From Bacteroidales bacterium (GTDB lineage Bacteria > Bacteroidota > Bacteroidia > Bacteroidales > VadinHA17): a DNA stretch of 64,000 bases. The first letter of the stretch is position 1; each line of letters starts with the position of its first letter. The stretch is taken from assembly GCA_041740815.1 (NCBI GenBank), contig JBGSLG010000082.1:5990-69989 (forward strand), in the 5' to 3' direction. Made by a program: the position numbers and the translations under genes. The notes below the pieces were generated by a model. The model searched no databases, was not told the DNA's origin, and was given only the letters and a program-made list of their open reading frames with translations. Below are positions 18,745 through 26,791 of the stretch, in pieces.

Positions 18745-20000
18745 AAGCGATATATCATACTGAGCAGCATACGCACATTTGCAACATCATGGGTATCGGC
18801 CACCCTTCCGTCAGACTCCATAGTGCCGTAAGCAGCCAGGGTAGTTTCTATCTCTGCTGCAATGCTCAGTTTACCCTCCGTTACAATAAACCTCGGTGAT
18901 ACTCTGAAGAGGTGATCGATGTTGCTGCCCCTGCCGTAAACAGCCCCTGCAACCGATTCCCGTGAGCCAAGGTTTTTGCTGTAGCCGCTAAAGAGACCAA
19001 AAACGGCCTTCTTGCCGTTGGTACTAAGATCAAACCAGAAACCGGCGTTGTTGATTGTGGCCCATTCCCTGATCTGATCGACCGGGTCCGTTATATCAGA
19101 TACCGCATATCCTCCGATCATCATCATATCACTTGCATTCTCGCCATAAACTCCCATTACAGAAAAATTTAACGGCTTTGTTTTCAGCTTAAGAGCGGCA
19201 AAAGCAGCTATACTGCTCACGGTGGCATCTGTTTCAATGTTCGCTGTTGTCCTGATCTCAGGTCTGATAACCTTAAAATCAATACCCCCCCAGGCAGTCA
19301 GATTCTCACCGGCGGGAGCCTTAACCTGTAAATGCAATCCCGGAATTCCACTGTTTCTGATGTATTTGCTGCTGTTGCCATCAGGCCCCGCCGATGTAAA
19401 GTCGCGCTGTGAATATGCAACCATTGTTAAGCTGAACTTGCCCGGGGAGTAAACAAACCTGACCTGCGGATTACGACTGAAAGGAATAAAGGGAACGCCG
19501 GTATTGAAGCTAACGGTGCCAGGAAAATTTTCTGCCGGAAACATCGGATGCCAGTATTGCCCTGCCAGCAGGGTCACCCTGGTCCAGTCCATCTTAACAT
19601 AGGCATGACGAAGCCTGAAACCGTTAAGGTCACTCTCGCTGGTACCAAAAAACTCAGCCTCAATTGCTCCCGAGGTTTTTGCTCCAAAGGCATCAGGACC
19701 AGTGATGTCACTTCTAACCCTTGTCTGTATATTAAGAATATGAAAGGACGGATTGGCATTCAGGTCATTCATCTCTTCATCATACAATACGTCATCAGGA
19801 AACAGGAAAAAGTGTCCCTCCCGCAGTCCGTTAGAGGCAGATGACTGCCTGGTATCATAAAAAATATCAGTCTTGATAAAACCCGATAATTTAATACCCC
19901 AGTTCTGACCTCCATCATCCTGTGCCCCAATCTCTGGCACAAGCACAATAAGAGTGACAATTATTACAGCTGCTCTTTTCATCTTGACTTTATTTAACAT
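18741..20000 (-). CDS. Outer-membrane beta-barrel porin (putative)
   Basis: Signal peptide MKRAAVIIVTLIVLVPEIGA|Q. Alternating beta-strand pattern. C-terminal ..MLLSMIYRF (terminal Phe). The track ORF starts at a TTG (20027). ATG candidates are at 20000 and 19982. Confidence 0.6.
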   Translation of the reverse strand: MLNKVKMKRAAVIIVTLIVLVPEIGAQDDGGQNWGIKLSGFIKTDIFYDTRQSSASNGLREGHFFLFPDDVLYDEEMNDLNANPSFHILNIQTRVRSDITGPDAFGAKTSGAIEAEFFGTSESDLNGFRLRHAYVKMDWTRVTLLAGQYWHPMFPAENFPGTVSFNTGVPFIPFSRNPQVRFVYSPGKFSLTMVAYSQRDFTSAGPDGNSSKYIRNSGIPGLHLQVKAPAGENLTAWGGIDFKVIRPEIRTTANIETDATVSSIAAFAALKLKTKPLNFSVMGVYGENASDMMMIGGYAVSDITDPVDQIREWATINNAGFWFDLSTNGKKAVFGLFSGYSKNLGSRESVAGAVYGRGSNIDHLFRVSPRFIVTEGKLSIAAEIETTLAAYGTMESDGRVADTHDVANVRMLLSMIYRF

Positions 20001-20033
20001 ACGTTTTCTGCCTTTCTGCCGGAACAACAGGCA

Positions 20034-20822
20034 TTAATTCTTATTCGCTTTTTTTCTGTCCGGGGGAAAAAGGGACTCAATGATTCCCGGTTTCAGAGGC
20101 TCTCCACCCAGAAGTACACTCAGGTTGCTCTCTGCAGTTCTGTTTTCCTTCCACAATGTAAGAGCCTTTTCGTAGTAAACCAGCGCTGAATCCTGACTCA
20201 TCAGATGACGGTATGCAGTGGCCTTGTTTGTATAGCTGACAGAGAGCCTCCTGGGTGTTTCAATCCGGGCAAGCAGGACATCCCGGACCCTTTTCCTGAA
20301 AATCCTGTTGAAGTTAAGCCCCGCAAATGCAGGATTCTCCTCATTCATTCCCGGAAGCAGGCGCTGAGCTACGGACTCTTCGGACAGATCTTCCCATTCA
20401 TCGAGCCAACCGGTATATACCGAAATACTGCTGTCACAGTAGCAGACAGAGAGGTCAAGCAGTGTGCTCTTCTCAGAGTCGGTTATAGTACTGTCATACA
20501 GGGCCATCAGCAGCAGACCGCTGCACTTGTTGTTATAGATGACTCCTCTCTCCCACGAAGACTCATAACCAGGGATCTTACTGAATATCTTGCCGGCAGA
20601 ATCAAGAAGATGAAATGAGGCAAAGCTCTCCCTGCCCCCTGATATCCTGTTATATTCCGCCATGAACCATCGCGCCTCTGCTACGCGCGGGTCTTCTGAC
20701 CTGTTGACTCCCCTGTAATAGAAAAAAGCAAAGATCACTGCCAGCAATGCTACCGAAAAAGTGATTGCCAGTAATTTCCTGGTACCGGGTGATATTACAA
20801 TCAGACCTTTAAGACTCATCAA
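20034..20822 (-). CDS. Hypothetical N-terminally anchored protein, translationally coupled to the symporter gene
   Basis: 262 aa. One N-terminal TM (LLAITFSVALLAVIFAFFYY). A TPR-like helix pair near the C-terminus (ATAYRHLMSQDSALVYYEKALTLWKEN). 4-nt overlap with the upstream gene. No family recognised. Confidence 0.5.
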   Translation of the reverse strand: MMSLKGLIVISPGTRKLLAITFSVALLAVIFAFFYYRGVNRSEDPRVAEARWFMAEYNRISGGRESFASFHLLDSAGKIFSKIPGYESSWERGVIYNNKCSGLLLMALYDSTITDSEKSTLLDLSVCYCDSSISVYTGWLDEWEDLSEESVAQRLLPGMNEENPAFAGLNFNRIFRKRVRDVLLARIETPRRLSVSYTNKATAYRHLMSQDSALVYYEKALTLWKENRTAESNLSVLLGGEPLKPGIIESLFPPDRKKANKN

Positions 20823-22510
20823 TTATGAACCTGTTCTGCCAGAAATTTCTTAATCTCGATGGGCGTCGGTTTACTAAGCAGGGATACAACAATGTTGACC
20901 ACTATCGCCAGTGGCGCTCCAAACCATGCAAAATACCAAACATTAAGCCAGTATGCAATAAATGCCTGCCCCGGGAGTGATCCTCCGCTGAGACCAACAA
21001 TAAAATATGTCAGTGAGATTACGGTTACAAGGCTGCCTGCAAACAGTCCAGCTTTCGCGCCGGTCCTGTTTGATCCGCTCCACCATATTCCAAGCAGAAA
21101 TAATGGGAAAATGGTACATGCTGCCATTGAAAAAGCGACAGAGACAAGCTGTGCAATCAGTCCCAGCTTCATCAGTGCCACTATCGTCACGAGCGCGGCC
21201 ATGAGTATTGTACCCAGACGGGCGATTTTCAGCTGCAGCTTCGGGGTTGAGGCAGGATTAATTACCTTGACATACAGGTCATGAGAGAAGGCAGACGCCC
21301 CTGCTACAAGAAGACCTGAGACTGTAGAGAACGCCGCAGATACCGCACCTGCAGCCAGAAGACCAACAACCAGCGAATTGACCCCTCCCAGCTGAGCAGT
21401 GTAAACCACGATGGCATCTTTTGCAAGCACCCCCACCTCAGGATTTGAGGAGAGCAGCTTACCAAATGTTGCATATGCAGGAGCAGTCCAGTAAACCAGG
21501 CATATGAAAAATAGTCCCCATACAACTGACCATCTGGCATCCGTAATTTTCGGTACTACATAGAAGCGCTGTATCACATGTGGCAGACCGGCCGTACCTA
21601 CCATCAGTGAAAAGCATATGGCAATCCACTGGAAGAAGGTTGTGCCGGTTGACGGATCCCAGGGCATGGCAAACTCAGGACTGGGTACTATCGAAAGGTC
21701 GTGGCCATAGGCATTTAGCAGAGCTGCCCCATCAGATATATTGGGGGCTGGAATCCCCTGTACAATGTCCGTCACCGCTGCACCGTATCCAACCTGAGGA
21801 AGGAGCCAGAAGTAATCGAACTTATATGCCAGAATAAATACCGGCAGAAGAAACGAAATCACAATAATGACATACTGTATCTGCATATTCTTCGTAGCAC
21901 CGATCATGCCTGAGATAAGAGTATAAAGCAACACCACAGATGATCCTATTATAACTGCCAGGGTATAGTTGAGACCAAGGATCCATTTGAACATCAGCCC
22001 TATGCCTCCAAACTGTCCAACGCAATAGGCAAATGAGATCAGAATTGTGAATATCGCGCTCACGATCCTGAGATCACGGGAGTAGAAACGGTCGCCAATA
22101 AAGTCAGGAGCGGTATACTTGCCATATTTCCTGATCTGGGCAGCCATCAGTATCAGCAGGAGAACATAGCCTCCTGTCCAGCCTACGACATAGGCCAGCC
22201 CATTGTAGCCGAAACCGTACATCATCCCTGCCATACCCAGTACTGAGGCAGCGCTCATCCAGTTTGATGCAATGGCCATGCCTGACCCTACTTTTGAAAT
22301 ACTCCTTCCGGCAGCATAGTAGTCGGTAGGATCTTTTGCCCGGAAAAATATTCCGACCAGAACAAATGTTATAAGTATCGCAATAAGAATGATGGCAGGA
22401 CCTGTCTTAAAACTCCCCTCCAGTTGGGTCAGATTCTGAGCATTTAATGAAATTGCTCCAGTCAGGAGCAGGATAGATGTGAAATATAACTTTTTCATGT
22501 CTTTCTGCAT
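20819..22510 (-). CDS. Sodium:solute symporter family (SSS) transporter of the DUF4212-partnered (VC_2705 / cation-acetate-like) type
   Basis: 563 aa, about 13 TM helices. DYYAAGRSISKVGSGMAIASNWMSAAS.. and GYVLLLILMAAQIRKYGKYTAPDFIGDRF are typical SSS N-terminal motifs. Preceded by a DUF4212-like gene. Confidence 0.8.
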   Translation of the reverse strand: MQKDMKKLYFTSILLLTGAISLNAQNLTQLEGSFKTGPAIILIAILITFVLVGIFFRAKDPTDYYAAGRSISKVGSGMAIASNWMSAASVLGMAGMMYGFGYNGLAYVVGWTGGYVLLLILMAAQIRKYGKYTAPDFIGDRFYSRDLRIVSAIFTILISFAYCVGQFGGIGLMFKWILGLNYTLAVIIGSSVVLLYTLISGMIGATKNMQIQYVIIVISFLLPVFILAYKFDYFWLLPQVGYGAAVTDIVQGIPAPNISDGAALLNAYGHDLSIVPSPEFAMPWDPSTGTTFFQWIAICFSLMVGTAGLPHVIQRFYVVPKITDARWSVVWGLFFICLVYWTAPAYATFGKLLSSNPEVGVLAKDAIVVYTAQLGGVNSLVVGLLAAGAVSAAFSTVSGLLVAGASAFSHDLYVKVINPASTPKLQLKIARLGTILMAALVTIVALMKLGLIAQLVSVAFSMAACTIFPLFLLGIWWSGSNRTGAKAGLFAGSLVTVISLTYFIVGLSGGSLPGQAFIAYWLNVWYFAWFGAPLAIVVNIVVSLLSKPTPIEIKKFLAEQVHN

Positions 22511-22516
22511 ATTAAC

Positions 22517-23287
22517 TTATTCAACAATACCTTCCTTTTTTAATCGCCATTCTATCAGCCTGTTGTAAACTATACAAAGCACCACAAAAAGAATTAGCAG
22601 AAAGACGGCAGTATAGAAATAGTGAAAAGGAAATCCGAGGAATTTGGTATCAGTAAGCACCGACTGGTTATGAGTGAGATACAATTTCATGAGGTCAGGC
22701 AGACGAGCCAGGGATGGTTCCGTTAATGAAGCAGGGTATTCCTTTTGTAGGCTGGCAGCAAGTATTGACGACTCCAGGCTTGTTGTTGAGAATCCCGTAA
22801 ATGGTTCAAGAATACTGATGAGACTGGTGCTTGCATCCTGTATACGGAATTTAAGGTCCATATACTGCTGGCCCTTCAGGACGGCAATATCCGAATGCAT
22901 CAGCTCCAGCTCTGCAACCTTCTCCTTTACCCGAAAACTAAGTGAGTCAGGCACCATCCGGAATGTGACGGAACTGATTGCCTCAGAGAGGAGTTCCTGA
23001 TCGCTTGCAGCAACGGTAATCTTCCCCTTGACCATAAGGAGTGAGTTTAGGAGCACGCGGTAATCCGCCTGTCCCTCATTCCCTCCCGCAACAGCGGACC
23101 ACTCTGATTCGAAAAGCGTAAGAGCTTTTTCGGGTGTTGGCTTCTCTATTGCCCTCAGAAGGAACTGGAAGCCGAAAACTGCCACAGCCCAGATGGCAAG
23201 CATGGTAAAGATGACATTCCTGTTCTTCTTTCCGTGCAGATTGCGGGGACTGAAAAGACTGAAATTGTACTGATCACTTGATTCCAT
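22517..23287 (-). CDS. DUF4212-like symporter small subunit with a roughly 150-aa inserted extracytoplasmic domain
   Basis: 256 aa. The N-terminus KKNRNVIFTMLAIWAVAVFGFQFLL and the C-terminus FLGFPFHYFYTAVFLLILFVVLCIVYNRLIEW resemble the two hydrophobic segments of the roughly 85-aa DUF4212 family. They are separated by a long soluble insert. Confidence 0.55.
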   Translation of the reverse strand: MESSDQYNFSLFSPRNLHGKKNRNVIFTMLAIWAVAVFGFQFLLRAIEKPTPEKALTLFESEWSAVAGGNEGQADYRVLLNSLLMVKGKITVAASDQELLSEAISSVTFRMVPDSLSFRVKEKVAELELMHSDIAVLKGQQYMDLKFRIQDASTSLISILEPFTGFSTTSLESSILAASLQKEYPASLTEPSLARLPDLMKLYLTHNQSVLTDTKFLGFPFHYFYTAVFLLILFVVLCIVYNRLIEWRLKKEGIVE

Positions 23288-23377
23288 AGATTTTCGGGTG
23301 TTTGGTAATCCGTTAAAGATTAGCTAAAATAGAGATTTTGAGACATGTTAACCCGGGTATAATCTTGCAATGTAACA

Positions 23378-23391
23378 TTGTTTTAAATCAA
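23378..23391. promoter_or_regulatory. FNR/CRP-like palindromic box TTGTT-N4-ATCAA
   Basis: ttgttttaaatcaa has one mismatch to TTGAT-N4-ATCAA. It lies in the divergent region between the symporter operon and the Crp/Fnr gene. Confidence 0.3.
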
Positions 23392-23392
23392 C

Positions 23393-23400
23393 TATATTTG
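23393..23400 (+). promoter_or_regulatory. -7 box (TAtaTTTG) upstream of the Crp/Fnr gene
   Basis: tatatttg lies 88 nt upstream of the ATG at 23488, implying a long leader, so confidence is lower. Confidence 0.3.
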
Positions 23401-23487
23401 AAAATGATAACCGGGTATTGTGGGCCTGTTTCCGGTATTATCAATAGCTTTAAGATGGAGTAATCCAGACTTGTACTATATAACTTA

Positions 23488-24183
23488 TTGAAAATGAGAA
23501 TTACCGGTAAAATGCCCTGTGAGGCTTGCGGGAACAAGTGCGATCTCTATGATGCCTTCAGGAAGTCTGGCAGATTTTTCCCCGAATCAAACATTATACG
23601 GGCAAGGTTCCGTAAGCACGAGATGATTTGCCGGCAGGGTGACAACGTCAGTCATGCCATTTATCTGACCTCGGGAACGGCAAAGCTGTACATTGAAGGG
23701 ATTAATGGTCACAATATCATCCTTTACCTTATGAGACCACCGGCTTACATTGGCCTGCTGTCATTTTTTGAAAGCATTCATTACACTTATTCAGTGACGG
23801 CCATTGAAGATTCACAGGTGTGTATGGTTAAGCTCGAATCCCTTAAAGAGCTTTATCTTGAAAATCATGATGTACTCCTCAGGCTCAACATGGCTTTCGG
23901 TAAATCTGTAGCCCTGATAATGAAAAAGATCATATGCCTCAATCAAAAAAACATCAGGGGGCGCATTGCGGAGAGCCTTTTATCACTGGCTGCCTTTTAT
24001 GGCAACAACAGCTTCACCCTGCCCGTGACCCGGAAAGAACTCGGAGAGATGTCCGCCATCTCGGAGGAAAACACTGTAAGGCTGCTGACCGAACTTAAAA
24101 ATGAAGGCATAATAAGAGTCCAGGGACGTGATGTAACAATAATTGACACCGCCCTGCTTAGCCGGATATCCGATCTGGGATAG
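23488..24183 (+). CDS. Crp/Fnr family transcriptional regulator with an N-terminal Cys cluster
   Basis: 231 aa. N-terminal C-x2-C-x3-C (MPCEACGNKCD). cNMP-binding-type beta-roll (ICRQGDNVSHAIYLTSGTAKLY). C-terminal HTH RKELGEMSAISEENTVRLLTELKNEGII. Confidence 0.8.
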   Translation: MKMRITGKMPCEACGNKCDLYDAFRKSGRFFPESNIIRARFRKHEMICRQGDNVSHAIYLTSGTAKLYIEGINGHNIILYLMRPPAYIGLLSFFESIHYTYSVTAIEDSQVCMVKLESLKELYLENHDVLLRLNMAFGKSVALIMKKIICLNQKNIRGRIAESLLSLAAFYGNNSFTLPVTRKELGEMSAISEENTVRLLTELKNEGIIRVQGRDVTIIDTALLSRISDLG

Positions 24184-24185
24184 CT

Positions 24186-24752
24186 TCATCTATCTCCGAA
24201 AAGAAACTCTTCCAGTATGTCCCAGCATCGGCCGTTGTGCTTAAGCAGAAAAATACTGCCGACGTCAAACTGCCCGGTGAATTTTTCCTCCCTGAACTCA
24301 GGCCAGGCATCACTGAATGCTGTTTTCGTAAGATCTCTCGTAGCAACCGTGATATGGGGCTTAATATCTTTCATTGTATCCTCCTGGCTGAAACCGAGCT
24401 CTGAAATCAGCATATCCCTTAGGCGGCTGTGCAGGCTGCGAACAGGATCAGGGTCGGTAATTTTGATATAAATAACCCTCGGAGGAAAGGCTCCGTAATT
24501 GTCAGTTTGAATACTGAAGCCTTTCTCCTCCAGCGCGAACAACTTCAGGGCCAAAGACAACCTCCCTTCATCTGAGGAACTTCTTTTAAACGGCATCTGC
24601 AGGGTTATGTGTGCCGGCGACTTCAGCGCGTGGGCTGCCCCGTACTCATCACGGATCTTTTGCTTGATCTTCCTGATCTCCTCACACAATTCATGCTTTG
24701 GGATAATTGCTATGAAGTAGATTTCCCTGTTTGTGTCAGGCAATCCTTTCAC
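24186..24752 (-). CDS. 2H phosphoesterase superfamily protein (LigT/ThpR-like RNA 2',3'-cyclic phosphodiesterase)
   Basis: 188 aa. Two H-x-T-x motifs (PAHITLQMPF and KPHITVATRD). GTG start overlapping the nhaA stop (GTGA). Confidence 0.75.
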   Translation of the reverse strand: MKGLPDTNREIYFIAIIPKHELCEEIRKIKQKIRDEYGAAHALKSPAHITLQMPFKRSSSDEGRLSLALKLFALEEKGFSIQTDNYGAFPPRVIYIKITDPDPVRSLHSRLRDMLISELGFSQEDTMKDIKPHITVATRDLTKTAFSDAWPEFREEKFTGQFDVGSIFLLKHNGRCWDILEEFLFGDR

Positions 24753-26062
24753 CGGATGATCATCTGATTGTTACCCTGACGACAGTATCTCAGCATCAGG
24801 TACCCGGCGACACCTGATACGAGTGACCCTGCCAGAATGCCTATCTTGGCCGAATCCATCAGCATGTCAGCATTGGCGAATGCCAGGTTGGCTATGAACA
24901 TTGACATAGTAAAGCCCACGCCGGCAAGCATGGCGGTTCCTGCTATCTGTCCGAATGAAACACCTTCTGGCAAAAGGGCAAACTTCAGCCAGATGCCGGT
25001 AAAGGAGAAGAGGGTCACGCCTATGGTCTTGCCCATGAACAGGCTGATTGCCAGGATGGTGATCAGGGGCAGGTCAGGATCCATCCCGGCTCTGAATGGC
25101 ACTCCGGCATTGAAAAAGGCAAAGAGTGGCATGATGAGATAAGCCACCCATCCCTGAAGCAGATGCTCGATATGCTGAAGGGGCGACTGTACTTTCTCAA
25201 CCCACAAACCAATATCATCAACCTGCTCCATCTGCTCAGAGGTAAGCAGGGGAGTGTGTGTTGCATCAGCTTCCCTGATATCATCTGCAATATCACAAAC
25301 CTTTCCGGTGAAGGTCTTCACATCGGTCTTCCGCCTGAGAGGGATAGTGAATGCCAGCAAAACACCGGCAATAGTTGGGTGAATACCTGACTTAAGGAAG
25401 AGGTACCATACAACAATGCCGCACAGAAGGTGGAAATACTTCGGAAACCGTCGCTTCAGGGTCAGGAACACAAGAATGGCCATGGGAATGACAGCCCAGA
25501 GGAGCATAACCCAGTCAATTGAGGAACTGTAAAATAGCGCAATCACCATTACCGCCCCTATGTCATCAATGATTGCAAAGGCAGCCAGAAAGACCTTGAG
25601 CCCTACTGGTACCCTGTTGCCGAGAAGCTTGAGAATTGCGAGTGAAAATGCAATGTCAGTTGCCATCGGAATGCCCCATCCGTGAGATGCCAGCGGGTTG
25701 TTGTCCAGGATAAGATAGAATACGATCGGTACTGCCATGCCGCCGACAGCAGCGAGGAGTGGCAGCGCTGCCTTTGCCGGGGTGTTTAACTCCCCGATCA
25801 TCAGCTCGCGCTTGATCTCAAGCCCGATCATAAAAAAGAAGATGGCCATCAGGCCATCGTTAACCCACAGTATCAAAGGCTTTTTGAGACTGAAGCTCCC
25901 GGCCTCTACACCCAGCACTGTCTCCCTTATGTTATCATACGTATCACTGAGCCCGGTATTGGCAAAGATAAGCGCCACTATTGTTGCACCAAAAAGCAAC
26001 ATTCCACCCAGGCTCTGGGACCGGTCAAACTTCTGAAATGTCGTTACAATTATGCTACGCAT
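24749..26062 (-). CDS. nhaA: Na+/H+ antiporter NhaA
   Basis: 437 aa. WVNDGLMAIFFFMIGLEIKRE, ATDIAF, AIIDDIGAV(M)VIALFY are NhaA signature segments. Confidence 0.9.
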   Translation of the reverse strand: MRSIIVTTFQKFDRSQSLGGMLLFGATIVALIFANTGLSDTYDNIRETVLGVEAGSFSLKKPLILWVNDGLMAIFFFMIGLEIKRELMIGELNTPAKAALPLLAAVGGMAVPIVFYLILDNNPLASHGWGIPMATDIAFSLAILKLLGNRVPVGLKVFLAAFAIIDDIGAVMVIALFYSSSIDWVMLLWAVIPMAILVFLTLKRRFPKYFHLLCGIVVWYLFLKSGIHPTIAGVLLAFTIPLRRKTDVKTFTGKVCDIADDIREADATHTPLLTSEQMEQVDDIGLWVEKVQSPLQHIEHLLQGWVAYLIMPLFAFFNAGVPFRAGMDPDLPLITILAISLFMGKTIGVTLFSFTGIWLKFALLPEGVSFGQIAGTAMLAGVGFTMSMFIANLAFANADMLMDSAKIGILAGSLVSGVAGYLMLRYCRQGNNQMIIR

Positions 26063-26084
26063 CGTCTGGAGGCTTCCTGGAAAT

Positions 26085-26092
26085 CAAAAATA
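26085..26092 (-). promoter_or_regulatory. -7 box (TAttTTTG) for nhaA
   Basis: The reverse complement of caaaaata is tatttttg, 23 nt upstream of the ATG at 26062. Confidence 0.45.
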
Positions 26093-26173
26093 TCCGTGAT
26101 TCCCATTTTGGAGCTCTAAATATATCAAATTTCAGGTCACCCCCGTAAAAACGAACAACACTGAACTGCCAGG

Positions 26174-26572
26174 TTACTCAAACCAGCTCTTTATGTAAAC
26201 TACCCTGTCATGCTGCAGATCTGTTGCCCTGTAAGAGACCGAGGCGTCATTCTCCAGGGTGTAAACCCAGTATCCGGCAACGATCCCCGGACTGTAAAAT
26301 GTTCTCCTGATATACAACCTGTCTCCTTCGGTAAACTCGCACTTTCTGCCGTAAGCTGAAATTTTGCCGTAAACCTCTTCCATTGAGGTCTTTACCCAGA
26401 TCATGTTAGGTCCGTCATAGTTCTCCGGACCGGTCTGGCGGTGCTCAATGAACTCCCCCACATATCTGCGCGTTATAAGCAGCTCATCTTCCTCAAGGGG
26501 AAGTGAGGATTTCCTGAGTGTACCACAGGAGACGGTCAGAACCAGTAACATCAGAACCAGTGGCTTTTTCAT
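26174..26572 (-). CDS. Small lipoprotein, unknown function
   Basis: The internal ATG gives MKKPLVLMLLVLTVSCGT (lipobox LTVS|C). About 132 aa. No family recognised. Confidence 0.55.
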   Translation of the reverse strand: MKKPLVLMLLVLTVSCGTLRKSSLPLEEDELLITRRYVGEFIEHRQTGPENYDGPNMIWVKTSMEEVYGKISAYGRKCEFTEGDRLYIRRTFYSPGIVAGYWVYTLENDASVSYRATDLQHDRVVYIKSWFE

Positions 26573-26791
26573 GCGATTTATGGTTATTCCGACTTGAACC
26601 ATTGCGCTCCTTTCAAAAGGAACCGCCACATAAAATTACTAAATTTCCCGGACCCCGGTGAGCTAAAAAGGAATTTTAACTCTTGGATGGCTGCAGTGAT
26701 AAGAAGTTTCGCCATCACCCCTGCCGTGGGAGGGAGTCCAGGCGCGAGCTTGCCGTAGCGACAGTTAGCCGTGCCACGGGCCCTGCCGTGA

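Noticed and set aside
19980-20161. An apparent 1-nt discrepancy. Reading the printed lines, I get an extra c at the 19980/19981 line junction and a missing a at 20160/20161. That would frameshift the porin N-terminus and the C-terminus of the neighbouring gene.
   Set aside because: The two offsets cancel exactly and both fall on line breaks. The supplied ORF track is internally consistent with intact genes. I treat this as my own reading or indexing error, not as pseudogenes. Coordinates in this interval may be off by 1.
20205-21284. Plus-strand ORFs 20205..20618 (137 aa) and 20859..21284 (141 aa).
   Set aside because: Both are antisense to the hypothetical membrane-protein gene and the symporter gene of a tightly coupled minus-strand operon. 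Neither has recognisable domains.
26573-26640. A T-loop-like ggttcaagtc on the minus strand, suggesting a tRNA, and possible riboswitch-like GC-rich helices up to 26791.
   Set aside because: The flanking bases cannot form a T-stem or an acceptor stem. I could not fit cobalamin, SAM, TPP or SRP consensus elements. It is retained only as an unassigned structured spacer in the findings.
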